A DNA stretch of 43,183 nt from Geosiphon pyriformis uo1 (Eukaryota; Fungi; Glomeromycota), in assembly GCA_016748015.1 (NCBI GenBank), contig JAAOMT010000504.1:1-43183 (forward strand). Direction: 5' to 3'. A program made the position numbers and the translations under genes. This document shows positions 12,415-26,100 of this stretch, piece by piece; position 1 is the first letter of the stretch, and each line of letters starts with the position of its first letter. Below the pieces are notes generated by a model that had not been told where the DNA came from, made no database searches, and saw nothing but the letters and a program-made list of their open reading frames with translations.

Positions 12415-14680
12415 ACAATTTGCAATTATTAATAACAAATTTTTACTAATAAAAATATAGTTAATACCTTTTTTAGCTTTTTTAAATTTGTTTTAAATAG
12501 AAAATTTGACCAAAAAATGTCTAATAAGTGAATTAACTAGTCTTATATCAGAGTATTTTCTGAAATTTGTACTTTTTTTAGACTTATTTTCATTGAAATT
12601 CTTATTCAAAACAACAAAAATACTAGAATTAATCACTTTGACAATAAAAAATTAATCTTTAAAGTCTATTTAAACTTAGATTCAAAAAAAACAATAGCAT
12701 ACAAACTTAAAATTATTACTAAAAGCTTTTTTTTAAACAAAAAACATACTAAAATCAATTAATCTAAAATCTCATTAATCTTTGAAATATGCCAAGCCAA
12801 AGAATTGTTTATGATTATGACTATTTCTATACTATAAAAACTCATGTTCAAACCAGAAGTAAAAATACAGACTTTATTAAACTTATTTATAATTTACAAT
12901 TTAATATTAAATCTCAATTTGGTTTTAATAATAATAAAAATCATATTACTTAACTCTATATATCAACAAATAATATTTTTTTGCTTAACAAAAACATTGA
13001 TATCTCTAATATTATATAATAGCAATTTCCCAAACTAAATTGGTTATTAAAATAAATAAGACTTCAAATCTAAATTGGCATTGGCCATTTTGGTTAAAAG
13101 ACCCAAAACTATATTTAAAAGACTTTTTATACTGTTTTTTAACTTAAAAACTATTAAAAAATTCAAAATTTCTGTTTTTGCAATAATTTTATTACTAGTA
13201 ATCACACTCAAACTTTCATTTATTACTATATTTATCTCTTGATTTTGTGATAAAAGAGTTATTAATGACTGATATTAAGAGCTAGATTAAGAAAATATTG
13301 GTCTAAATGTGTTTAAATTTTTAGTTGGCATATTAATCTTCTTTGTATAATTAATAAAACTATACTTAAAAGTAGCAAATCTATTATTTAATTCTTTGAA
13401 AAAAATGAAAAGAGCTCTACTTGTAAAGAAAAGTCAAAATTTTCTGAATTATTTTACACAAAAAAAAAAAAAAAAATAATTCACCAATAATTTTAGTCTA
13501 AAAAACACTATTAAAAGAAACAAAACAAGTAACAGGTATTGAATATTTAGTATAGATAATAACTAATCTGTTTTTATCTGCTTCAAATAAAACTTTATAA
13601 TATATATTATCAGAAGAATTTTTTTTATTTATAGTACAATCCAATAATATATGTTTCAAATTTTAATACTTTGTATATTTGGCAAAATCCAGATAAGATC
13701 AGCATAAATTAGCACTTCTTAGTACTAGTGTATTTTATAACAGTATTTAAAGACTCAGTAGAATTGAAACAAACAACTACATATTTGATTTAGGTATATG
13801 TAATTAGATAATAATTAATAATACATGTTTTTCTACTTATTGACTTAATAAAATTCCAGATATTATGTATATTTATTCTTACTGGCAGAATGTAAATTAG
13901 TATTCTATTATTGTTTTTTGTATTTTATAATTCTTTGTTTTTATTAGTTCTAATAACTTATACAGTATTTTTTTTGATTAAGATAAATTATTCTGTTATG
14001 GCTAAATTAATATAATCAAATTATTTAAATTCAATAATAGCTTTTTGCCACAGTCTCACTAGTTGTATTTTAATTAACTTAATTATTCCAAATCTAAAAA
14101 ACACAGCATATATAGCCTTTACTAAAGTTCTCATAAGTATTTTTTTAATTATCACAGTTCAATTTAAACACATTGTAGATTTTTTGAAATTAGCATTTCT
14201 CACAATATTCTTAGTCTTTACCAAATTCATTATTTGTATCAAGTTTGATTCAAAAATAAATGTTGTTTTAATAATATCAGCAAATTTTAAAGAAGTAAAA
14301 GCTGTCTAAAACATTTGATTTTTGAAAACAATTTTTTAACTGCTACAAGTTTTTCTTAAAACAATTTACCAACTTTAAAATTCCAAAAATTTCTATTTAC
14401 TCTTTTATTAGAATCACCTTTATTAATAATGCCATCATCCAAAACACTTTTTTATCACTTTTTTTTGAAAAAAATATTTCTGTTAACAATTTTAGAACTA
14501 GAACTCTTAGCAGCTTTTTTTATAACAGTAATACTAAAACCAACAATAGCTTTGTATTTAAACAGAAATAATTTAAAAATATTAACTTGAATGATTGTAA
14601 AAAAGAATTAAAAAACTTCTTTATTAAAATTAAAATTCTTTGATAATTATTAAAATAAACAAGAAAAAAAAGTTGTTTAT
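12415..14680 (-). mobile_element. LINE 5' half (ORF1 + APE endonuclease), cut by the Gypsy B insertion
   Basis: The reverse complement translates to a decayed match of the 21.3-23.8 kb LINE: KFADIIK..., IKIQLVRLWQKA, NLVWEIA, IFTSGL, ...NLLLIIANC, ending exactly at the LTR B end. Confidence 0.85.
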
Positions 14681-14689
14681 ATTTTATTT

Positions 14690-15150
14690 TAATTTAGAAA
14701 ATTTTGAATTATTAAATTTTAATAATTTTTTATAAATAAATTTAATTCTATTTTTGTTAATAATATAATTAAGAAAAACTAAACTTTTTTTTAAAATAAT
14801 ATTTTTAATGTTTAATTTTAATTTTAATTTTTATAATTATTAAAGAATTTTTTGCAAATAAATCAAATAAGCTTCAAAAATTAATAAGTAAAAATTAATG
14901 TTTTTAAGATAAACTATTACTAATTTATATAGTAATTTAACATAAACAATATTTATAAGACTTTAAAAATTATTAAAGTATTATATAAATCTCAAAAACA
15001 TTATATTAAATTCATAATTTTTTTTTAAATTATACAAATTATTTTTTTATATTTATAATAATTTGTTAATATTTATTTTTAAGTATTTATTATTAATAAA
15101 TTAATGGCTAATTAGAAATATTTAATAAATTTGTTATTATTTTAATATCT
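14690..15150 (-). pseudogene. Ancient Gypsy C relic: RT core
   Basis: Minus strand NYEFNIMF...SLINIVYVKLLYKLVIVYLKNIN...LKLN...LVFLNYII corresponds to decayed YEFNVMPFGL...VYLDD...FLGHII. Confidence 0.7.
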
Positions 15151-15189
15151 AAAATATTTAATAAAATAATAAAATAATTATTAAAATAA

Positions 15190-16980
15190 TATTAAAGTTA
15201 ATCCAATAAACAATTTTTTAACCAGTATAAATCGTATTTTTTGTGATTATAATTTGTTATTGGTTAATTTTCTATACTTAATATCTTAATTTTGAAATAA
15301 AACTTTGATATTAATGGTTTTAAATAGTTCAATTTTTTTTAAAGTGTTTTATTTATTTAAATAGTTTGGTATTGTTTTTGTTAAACAATTATATAATAGA
15401 AAAAATATTATTTTTAACTGGAAAATTTTTAGATACTGGAAGAGATTAAACTTTTATAGTCTTGTTTTTGAATAATTTATATTAGCTGTTTAGTTTTTAA
15501 ATATCTTGGCTTTTTGTTCTAATAAATTGTTTTTAGTTATTGGTTTTTAGTTTTTGAATGTTTTTGATTTGTGTAAATTTAGTTTGGTTTATAATTAACT
15601 AATTAGTATTAATGTAATTTATTTTTCTATTTATATTAATAGTTTTTTAAGTAATTTGAGTATTACTAATATAAAAATTAATACTATAACTTTTTTTAAA
15701 AATTTGAATTTGAATTTAGATTTTAGAATATCTGGATTGGTTTTTTTTACTATGATTGACAGACTATTATATTGGTTTTGAAATATATATTTTTTTTTAT
15801 AAAATTGAAATAATTTTTGACAATTAAACAGTTCTAAATATATGCTATTTAAAGTTGTTATTAAATTAAGCATTAATATATTATGAATATTATTAAAGAT
15901 AAAAATTTAAGTATTAATTAATATAAAATTAAGGATTATTTTGATATTTTAAGTAATAAAAAAACTAATATTTTAACTAATGTTATCTTATTTTTGGATT
16001 TAATACTTTTAGTTTATATGTAAAAATGTTTTATTAAAGCTAAAAATAAAATTGTTTCTGAAAATACAAAGCATTTTGTCTATAAAATTTTTTAAATAAT
16101 TTATTATATCTATTAAAAAATTAGATCTAATATTAGAGTTTTGAATAATAGTCTGTTTAAAGATATAAACTGAATTTAATTATTGTTAGTTTAATACTCT
16201 AATTCTTACATAGTATTTAAGTTTACAAACAAAGTCACAGCTAAAATATGTTTTTATTTTATAAAAGTATTATATTATAAATTGTTAATGACTATCTGCA
16301 AATATTTATATGACAAGTATTATTATAGTATTTTGTGTTTATATTATAAAGAAGTTGAATTTTTGAACCACATTTTTTTTTTAAAATAAATATTTATATA
16401 ATTATTTAAAAAACATTATTTGGTTTGTACAGATTATTATTATATATATTTTAATTGTTTTTTTTATGTTTTTTTTAATATTATTGTGTATTATGTTTTG
16501 TATAAAGAATTTGTTTTTAAAAATTAATTCTGAAAGTTTTTTTTAGTTTTTAAGAATACTAAAATTTCTAATTATAAAATTATAGATTTTGTGTATAGTT
16601 TTAAACTGGCTTATAGAAATAATATTTGACTTGTTTATTTTAAGTACTAAGCTTTTATAAAAAAGAATAATTTGATTTTACATAATAAAACTATGCTAAT
16701 AATTGTTACTAAATTATTATTTGTGCTGTTTAATAATATGGTTAAGCTGTTTAAAATTGTTGAAACTTTTAAAATTAGTTTTGGTATGTACAAATTGTGT
16801 TTTTTTTTTTTGAGTATTAGGATATAATTTTTGTATATGTAAATGTATAATGCTGTTTTAATTGGTTTAAGTAACTGGTTATGTATAGTAAATACATAAT
16901 TTATACTTAGTTTAAATTATTTAGTTTAATGTATTATATTAAATAATATTTGGATCTTATTAATTAAACATAAAAAAAAA
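15190..16980 (+). mobile_element. Heavily decayed 3' part of the LINE (RNase H, C-terminus, 3' UTR, poly-A)
   Basis: Colinear with 26150-28010, mostly by transitions. RNase H relic SIYINSFLSNL at ~15625. Ends tttggatcttattaattaaacat-A9. Confidence 0.8.
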
Positions 16981-16984
16981 TAAC

Positions 16985-18268
16985 ATCATATTTTTAATTC
17001 TTTAATTAAATAAATATTTGTAATATTTTTTGTAAATTTGTTTATTAAATTTAAAAATTTTGTTAAATAATAATAGATTTAAAATAAATATATGCTTTTT
17101 AGTAATTTTTAAATAACAGAATATAATAGTTTTTAATAATTTTAAAATTTAATAGAATTTATTTTAAAAATTAAATATTATATTAATTAGTATTATAAAT
17201 TGTTTAATAAAACTAAAGTTTTAAGTTTTTTTGTTATTTTTGCTTAAATTTTTCCAATTCTGAAATGGTTGTAAATTCAAAATATTGATTAAAAATAAAT
17301 AAAGAGCTTAAGCAATCTTTTTAATTAAATAAATTATGTTTAATTTCTTGATTTTATTTTAAAGCATTATTACAATATCTTTAGTATATTATATATTTAT
17401 AATTTTTTTTTAAACATTAATTTTTTTGTTTAATAATAATAACTTAAAAGTAATTTGTATTATTGATTTTGGTAAAACTTTAAAAACAATTCGAAAATAA
17501 ATTTTTGTTAATGTTTTTGGTAATAAAATTAAGATTTTTTTTTTAAATATTGTAAATTATATTAAACATCAATTTTATAAGCTTTTTTTGGTTTAATTTA
17601 TACTTTATTCTTAATAAAATATTTGAATTATATTGTTTATTAATTTTTAATTAAGTAGATTAAAGTTGGTAATAAAACTTTTTTTTGTTCAAATTGTTTA
17701 AATTCGATTTTATTTTATCTTTTTTAATAGATAATAATATATAAAAAACATAATATTTTAAATACTATTGATTATTATAAAATATGATGTATTTTTAACA
17801 AAAGTAAATATTTATTTGTTTTGTATTATGTTTTTGAAAAGTAAAAATGACTTAAATATTATAATATAGTTTTATTTTAACAAAATAATTGTAATTAGCT
17901 AATTTCAAAATATACTTAATATATTGTGTTTTTTTATTAATAAAAATTATTATTAATATATAAATAATAATACAGTTTTTAAAAACTTTATAGTATATTA
18001 ATTAAAATATAATTTTTTTTACTTTTTTGAAATTGATAAAACATATTAATAAGTTTAATTATATAATTTTGTTTTATTAAAATATTAACTCAATTATATT
18101 ATAATAATTATTTATAAATTAAGTAATTAATAAGTATAATTTTTTTAAAATATAAATAAGTTTTTATAAATAAAAATTACTTTTTATAATCTTTATATTT
18201 AAGTAAAATATAAGTTAATTTTTTTTGTAATTGTTTTGAATAAAAAATATTTTATTTATTAATTGGTT
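16985..18268 (-). pseudogene. Ancient Gypsy C relic: Cys-rich region and dUTPase
   Basis: Minus strand ILLKYKDYKK (18180-18215, cf. LLKYKDCKK in B). dUTPase relic IDV*YNLQY (17553-17580), IQITFKLLL, KINV*KKIINI*YTKDI, KIA*ALYL (17302-17320). Confidence 0.7.
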
Positions 18269-20560
18269 TTATTATTATTATTATTATTAGATTTAACAAG
18301 CAAGACCCAACTACTACTTAGTATATAAAAACATAAAAAGAATTAAACTAAGTATAATTCACACATTTTCTATATATAATCAAGTATTTAAGCCAGTTTA
18401 AGTTATGTTATATTAATACAACAGAAGAAAACTTACCCAAAGACAACATCTTTTGAATAATATTAAACAAAGTAACACTACATAAGACCAATCTAATTAG
18501 CTATTTAACTGTCTTCAAAGAATTAAACTTAATATCAATAGACTTATGTGCTCAAAGAAACATCAAGCTAGAAAACATATTATCATCTATATTAGTTGAA
18601 TGCTCCAAATTACCAAACATATTAATATCATTTATGCAGCACTTTTTTTTCAAAAAAACCACATTTTTTCTCAACTTACTAATAACATTGCTAAAAAAAT
18701 TCAGATAGACTAAGTTCATTAACTTTTAAGCTAAGAATACTGCTTAAGATAAGATTACTCTTAGTAAAATATTTAAACACAGTAACTAAAGCACCAACAA
18801 GTTTAACAATTAATTCAACCAAAGCCAACAACTTAATCAAATTAGATTCCAGAAATACCAGCCAAGAGAAAAACAAAAAATCACTAACAATTACAAAAAA
18901 AAAAGTAGAAGCTGCCAAAGAAAAAACTCTAAAGAATCAAGATAAGCAGAGGTCTTAACATAAAAAACATTATCCACAAAACATAGTCTGAACATCTTGA
19001 GAGCCATGAGAGAAAGAGATGAAAAAACTATATAGTTTGCAGCCAAATAATCTACTTTTTGGCATTTAAAGCAGCACTAACAACCAAAAATTTTTCATCA
19101 AATATAACATTTTTTCAGTGTACCAGTTTTAATAACTACAAAGTTTAAACCAGCTTAAGAACCAAATATAACCAGAGCAAACCAGAAATGATGACCAAAA
19201 TCAGGTAAACAAAGAATAAAACAAGTCTGATTACCAACCAAAAAATCATATTACTAATTTCAAAAATAATACAGCCAGAAAAAAGGTTAATCAACTTGGT
19301 TCTAAACCTATTATAAAACAGAATGGTCTTTTTTTGATTCATAAAGAAAAAAATCTGAATATTATCTTTGTTTACTAATACCAATTAGTGATTAAAAGCA
19401 AATGTAACAACATTTAATTCATTAAAGTACACAACTATGTATTGCTAAACACCAGCAGGCTTTAGCACAACACAAAAAACTTTATCAAAAACACTAAAAA
19501 CTAACTTAATATTAGCAGCAGACATATTTAAGAGCACATAATGCAACATAACAATAGCAAAAAAGGAATCAGACTCAGAAATCATTAAAGATTTAGCAAT
19601 TTTAAAAGTAACAAGAGAAACAAAGCTTGTAAACTTAACTAAAAATACAGCATCTAAAGAACTTTGGGAAGCAAACCTCATACAGAAAAGCTTTACATTG
19701 TTTTTTGACACTGACTTTGTATTCAAAAAACCATATATAGATTGAAAAACAGTCTTAATATAAGCCAATTTGATCTTAAAAGTATTACCAAATACAAGAA
19801 TAGAGGCCACCCACCCAGTAAATCTTTGATAATTAGTAATAGTTTCTTAAGCACTATTAATAACAGCATCAAAAATCAAAAAAGATGATTTAGTTTCTAT
19901 TTAATTAGTCCAGTTTTTAAAAACAGATAACTCAATAGAAGATAGTTACTTTGTTTTTAGAACTGGGAAAAATTTGTTGAAAAACACCATATTTGGCAAT
20001 ACAGTTAATAGTTAATTTTGGTTTATCTTAAATAACATATTGGATAAAACAGTAGAGATTTCATCTAAAATTTCAGTTAGAATCATAAAAAAGTTTAGTG
20101 TAATAATAGCAAAGACAAGTAATTACTCTCACTTTGTTGAATCTTTAATTTTTTTGATTATTTTGTTTGAAAAAATAGTGCTAGTAACATCAGATATAGA
20201 AATTATAATAAAAAAATTAGCTTGCTAACTAGTTTATTATTAAAAACCTTTGGGTTCTTAAAAGAAATAAAAACAATACTGGGACTAATCCAAGTGTGTT
20301 TTTTTGAAAGAATTTTGACTGATAAAAAACCAGCCAAAGATGAGAAAGATGTTTTAATAATTACTAAAAGCAGTTTATTACTATCAATAATCAAAAAAAA
20401 TATAACCAAAACATTATATCTAGCTGCTTTAATAATAAAAAGCTCTTTTCATATTAAAACCTTATTAATTACTATAAAAAAAATAATAGATACAGCTTTT
20501 TTACTCTTTGCTTTAGTTGTAATTATAAAATTTAGAAAACAAAGAGATCTTGAATTTTTT
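18269..20560 (-). mobile_element. ORF1-only non-autonomous non-LTR element sharing the LINE 3' UTR (HAL1/HeT-A-like organisation)
   Basis: One decayed ~700-codon ORF (20526-18408) with RRM-like blocks, a zinc-knuckle relic CFKCQKVDYLAANY (~19030-19075) and a coiled coil. Its stop is followed directly by a ~120-nt UTR alignable to 27880-28003 and a (TAA)7 tail. No APE or RT. Confidence 0.8.
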
Positions 20561-20569
20561 TATTAATAT

Positions 20570-21243
20570 TAATTTAAAATAATAATTTTTTATTTTAAAC
20601 CAAAAAATTTAATCTAAGATTTTAAATTAATAAAAATTTTCTGCTCTGTTTTATTAGTTTTAATCAAATTATAAATTAAATATTATATTTTAGTTTTTTT
20701 TTATCTTTAAATTTAAATACTTAAATTATTTATTAAAAATATTATAAGTAACAAATAAGCAAATATATTGTTTTTAATATAGAATTTTTAAGTTTTAATT
20801 TAATTTAAATTTGAAAAATCAATTACTTTTTATAAATATTTAATATTAAAAAACATTAATAATTAAATTTTTAATTAAAATAACAATTTTATTAATTATA
20901 AAAAAAAATTATTAATTTTGTTTATAAAAATTTTTATATATATTATTAACAATAATAATAATTATTTGTATTAATCTGTTAATATTTTATATAAGTTTTT
21001 ATATTAATTAATAAATAATAATACTTTTAATAAATTTATTATTTAAAATTAATCTAATCAATTTTTTTTAAATATAATTGTAATTACTTATTGTTTAAAT
21101 ATTGCTATATTATTAACAAAAATAGTAATTTATTAAATACAGAATAAAAAAATATTATATAAATTAATATTTTCTGCTATTTTTACTAATAAAATTATGG
21201 TATTATTAAAAAATTCTAAAATTATTTTGTAGTTTTATCTTTT
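20570..21243 (-). pseudogene. Ancient Gypsy C relic: protease
   Basis: Minus strand KLIRLILNNKFIKSIIIY*LI (21015-21068) corresponds to decayed PIxLILDSGSAGSIIT.QLM. Confidence 0.65.
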
Positions 21244-21397
21244 AAAAATACAAAAAAAACTTCTTTCTTTCCTTTGTTCCAAATTCCTGAAAAAGAGCCA
21301 AAAGTTTTTTGAAAAAAAGTTTTTTACAATTCAGTATGATAAATCCAAACCTTTTCTGCTTGATTACGAGACTATTGTTGGTCCCAGTGTTGCTGTA

Positions 21398-23188
21398 ATA
21401 AAAGAGTCTGCCAAGAGCTTTAGTGCTGATACTGTTAGTAAGGACATTGCTTCTAGGAAAAAGAGGAAAGGTGGTGTTCTAAAGGATGATGCTGCTCAAA
21501 AAATGGTTGTGTTTAATAAAGTGGTTGGTAGTTCTTGGGAGTCTAAGGCTGAAGATACCACTGAGTCCAACAATGTGAACATGGAAGAGGAGTTTTTGAT
21601 TGAGAAAATTAGTGTAGATTATGGAAAAGGTGATTTTTTGGAAGGAAGAGACGTTAACCAAACACCAAAAGGGCCCAAGGTAGTTACTAAGCAAGCTTTG
21701 GATAAACCTCTAGGCAAAATTAATTTTCTGAGCAATAATAATAATGGTGATGTTCTGTCAGGTGACCATTTGGAACTTCCTCCTTCTTTGAGAAATCTGG
21801 TTAATGTCCCTGTGCATAAATCATTTGCTCTGGATATTGGGTTGGAAAAAGTGACTGGTAAATTTTCTCAAGAGAAACTTTCTGCAGTCAAAAAATTATT
21901 TTCAGGTATCAATAGTTTTGGGAGGGCCTCTATCCCCTCAAAATTTGCTGGGATCATCAGAGTGATGTTCACATCCAAATTGAGCTTGGCACAGGCTTCT
22001 AAAAAGGCTGAGAATGCGAAAATCATGGTAAACACTAATCTTAAGAAATCTGCTAGTCGCTCAAATTGGGCTGTAGTGTTAAAAGAAATTCCAGTTGGAA
22101 CATCAGCTGAGGCTGTGCGTGCTGCGCTCTCCAAGTTTGGAATAATTAAGTCAATCAAGATGCAATTGGTGGGGCTGTGGCAGAAAGCTGTGATAGAATT
22201 TAAGCAATTAGGTCATGCCGATTTGGTCACAGCAAAGTGGTCAATCTTAATCGGGAAGGATGCTGTGCAGGTAGCTAGATCAGATTTGGACAAAGAATTA
22301 TAAGACACAAGGGACCAGCATAGGGCACTGCTCTATACTCTGCCAATGGGAATGACTGCTCATAACATCTGGGATTTTATTGGTTCAGTGGGTGGGAAGA
22401 CATGTGTCATCAATTGTTATCTAGTTATATATGCTAGGGCTAAGTGTGCTGTTATTTGTTTTGATTCTGCTGAGTTATTGGATGCTATCGTGAGAACCAC
22501 GCCAGTGTTAAGAGGCACCAATCTATGCTGGTTTTGTCTTGTTTCAGCTAAGTGTGCCAAGTGTGAGAAATCAGGCTATACATCATTGGGCTGTGCAGTT
22601 GGTGGGAAAGTTTCCTCAGGTTTGTCTTTGTGTAGAGTCCTGTCTGACACAGATAAGAGCAGATTGGCAGCCATTTATGCCAAACGGTCAGCTCCAGTTG
22701 CTTGTCCAGTCTCTTTTGGTGGTCTCTCTTGGGCAAAGGTTGCTAGTGAGTTTTCTTTTCTCCCTCTCTCTGGACATAATGTTTTGGCAAAATCTGGTTC
22801 CTCTTCGGAGATGAAGCCATTCCTGCCAGTTTTGACAGAAGTCAATGATAGGTTTGTTGCTCTTGAGCGCAGTCTCGCCAGCCTTGCAGAGCAGGTGGGT
22901 AAGCTGGCTAAGAGGTTGGATGCACTTGGGCCAACGGTTTCTCAGCCAAGCCCTGGATGTCAGCCGTTGGTAATCTCTTCATCACAGAATTAAAGAGCAG
23001 ATATAGTGATGAGTGAGGGTTCAGGTGCAGCCACTAGTGGTAAGGTTGTTTCAGGAGTGATGTCTTTTAATGTATCTTTGGTATCCAAGTTGGAAGACAG
23101 CATGAAATGTCTGATGGAAACAGTTCTGAGTCTTTTGGCCAAAGTGAACAGTTTTGGTGCAGGTTCAAATTCTTTTTCTTCTCAATGA
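21398..23188 (+). pseudogene. LINE ORF1 (RRM-like domains, zinc knuckle, coiled coil)
   Basis: ORF-track pieces 21503-22303, 22346-22993 and 23006-23188 lie in one frame, broken by TAA stops. CAKCEKSGYTSLGC is a CX2CX4(H>Y)X4C knuckle. The start is uncertain (ATA at 21398 may be a decayed ATG). Confidence 0.85.
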
Positions 23189-26100
23189 ACAATCTGGTTT
23201 GGAATATTGCTACTTGCAATATCAGAGGAATAAACAATCCTGCGAAACAAAATGATATCATTTGTTGGCATATGAAAAGGAACAATTTAATTTCTATTTT
23301 TACAGAATCAAAGTTAAAAGAAAAGATTTGCCCTTGGATTGTCAACAAATTTAATAGTGTGCAGGTATTTACCTCTGGCCTAGAATCTGGCTATCTGGGT
23401 GCTAGTGTCATGGTTGTCATGAATTCTTCTTTGGGGAGACATGTGTGCAGGGTCTCAGAAGTGCTTGGTTGGCTCTTGTCCATTAAGTTACTTTTCAAAA
23501 ATAAACTTTCAGTGTCTATTCTGGGACTATATGCTGGTGCTTCCTCAGCAGTATGGTTTTCTCAAGCTGATGAAGTCAACTCTCTCATTGCAAAAGCTGT
23601 TAATGAATCTTCTTTTATTGTTCTCAGTGGTGATTTCAATAAAGACGGTTCTTGTAAGTGTGTAAGTTTTAAAAAGTGTTTGGACTTGGGTCTGGTGAAT
23701 TCTTTGGCTGGAAGCCCAGCTTCAAAATTGCCCACCTGAGCAAATTCTAGAAGTGTTATGAAGACAATTGATTATGTGTTTGTTTCTCCAAATCTGGTCA
23801 ATGCAATAGTGAATTGTGAGGTTTTAGATGTCAGTGAGCATTTTGACACGGATCACCAGGCTGTTTTAATGGCTGTAGGTTTGGGTGGACTTTTAGATAT
23901 GCAGTTAAACTTTCTTCACAGGCAAGCAAATAGAAAATGATGGAAATTCGATTTCAAGATTGCTGATGAGATTAAATAGAACAGTTTTAAAGATGCTACA
24001 TTGGCCAATGCTACAATGTTCTCAGATGAGTTTGCTGCCTCTGCGAGGCTTTTGGATTTGAATGCGATGTGAAGCATTGTTCACAAGATAATGGTTCTTT
24101 CAACTGGTGAGGTATTCAAGAAAAAATGGTTCAAGAAATTTAATGATGTCTTTACTAAAGATTCCTTGAGGTTTCACAAATTGGAGCTTCTGGTTTCAAA
24201 GATTATTAAGGCATCTTGTGTGGGGTGTGCTATGGATTTTGCTTCTCTCATGAAACATTGGGCTTCTGTGGACAATGTTAATGCTTCAATCATTCAGAAT
24301 CTGATGGACTCTGGTATGGAATCTGGTTGTGTTCATTCTGCTCTTTTGGGTGTTAGAAAATCTTATTGGGCATCCAAGCTTGTTGAGTCTCAGAGCGCTA
24401 AAGAGGCAAACATCAGATCTGCCATAAGCAGGAGAATAGAAAGCTTTGAAATGAATAAGGGTCATATGATAAGAAGTGTATTGGAATGTCTATTTCGAAA
24501 GATTATGTTGAATCATTTGGTGGTTAATGATGAGTTGGTTTTGGAACCTGATCTGGTTAAGTCTAAGGTGGATGTGATCATGGAGGGTTGGACTAGAAAG
24601 CATCAGGTGGTTGATAATATCTTGGTTGATTGGCATCACCAATATCAACTATTGGAGTATGTTTTTGATAAGGCTTTTTCTGGGGTTATGTGCCCAATTG
24701 GGTATGATGAGTTCTTCAGAGTGGTTTCTGAGCTTCCAAATGGTAAAGCAGCTGGTTTGTCGGGTATTTCAAATGAGCTTTGAAAACACTGTGATAGGTC
24801 TGTTCTGGATATGTTGCTGGTGTTTTTGAACTCTTGTATGTCCGGAGAATTGGTGTCTGGCCCTTGGAAGGAAGCATGGGTCTCAATGATTCTCAAATCT
24901 TATGAGTGAAAAAGTGTTTTGACAAATACACGTCCTATTGTCTTGATTGAGACAGCTCACAAAATTCTTTCCAAGATTCTCTCTGACAGGATTTCTTTGG
25001 TGTGCAGCACTTTTGATGTTCTTCAGGAGGACAATTTTTTGGTTCTAAAGGGTACAATGACCCAGTTTCTTATTTTTGCAATTGGATCGGTGGTCAAAAA
25101 TGCTTTGGAAAAAAACAGAGAGCTTTGGCTGGTTCTTTAAGACATGCAAAAAGCATATGACTCAGTTGGCTGGGAGCATCTCAAAAAGAGTCTGGTTAGG
25201 ATTAAGATGTGTAGCAAATTTATTCGGTTTTTTGGTGGTATTCATAGGAATCATACCAACCAAGTTATGACAGATTTTGGGTTGACAAGTAGTTATAGTG
25301 TGCATGATGGTTTGGACCAGGGAGAAGTCTTTTCCCCTTTTTTCTGATGCATATTTTATGATCTCCTTTTGTGTGAAGTCAAAAAACAGGAGAGTATATG
25401 TGGGTATAGGTTGAATTCTCACTTTGTTTCTAAGAATGGTCATTCCAAATCCCAGGCCGGGTTTTCTTCTTTTTTCGCTGCTGGTGCTTTTGTTGATGAT
25501 ACGATTTGGGTTGGCAGTAGTCAGACGGCTACTCAACATATTCTTAATGTTGCTAGTGAATTTTTTCATGTTAATGACATCTCTATTAATAATAACAAAA
25601 CAGTAGTCATTTTTATCAATAGCAGAATTAGCAATCCCTCTCTTTCTATCAGTAGTTCGCCCATTTCTATTGCCAAAAAGGGGGAATCTCACCAATATTT
25701 GGGCATTTTTCTTTTAACTGAAGGTTTTTCGAAGCCTAGCTTGTTAAGGCGTATTTGAACGTTTGCTTTTTCATCAATCTGGTGTTAAAGAAGGCAGTCT
25801 TGGATAAACAGTTCTTATATTTGGTGTTGGCAGTTCTACATCCAATAGTCAGCTATAAAACTCAGTTCAGTTTTATTTCTGTTGGCATGTGCAGCAAGTG
25901 GGATGCTTTGATTCATAAGAGTTTAAAGCTCAAATCTGGTTTGCCACTCAATTTCCCTAATGATGCGATTCAACACCCTTTATTTTATGGTTTAAAGTCA
26001 TTTTTTCAAGTTCAATCTGAAAGCAAAATTGCTTCTCTTGTTAGTTTTGTGAACTCTAGTGGTATCTTGGATCGTTTGTTTTTCCACAGGTCTCATAACT

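Noticed and set aside
12415-13140. Start of a third tandem Gypsy unit (UTR + gag) after LTR B
   Set aside because: The minus strand translates as LINE ORF1 end and APE domain, so the plus-strand ORF-like text is its antisense shadow.
23107-23184. Upstream ATG extending ORF2
   Set aside because: It overlaps the ORF1 tail, and APE homology begins at MNNLVWNIATCN (23185).
25162-25695. 177-aa minus-strand ORF and the other short antisense or alternate-frame ORFs in the track
   Set aside because: They are shadows of transposon or arrestin coding frames with no recognisable motifs.
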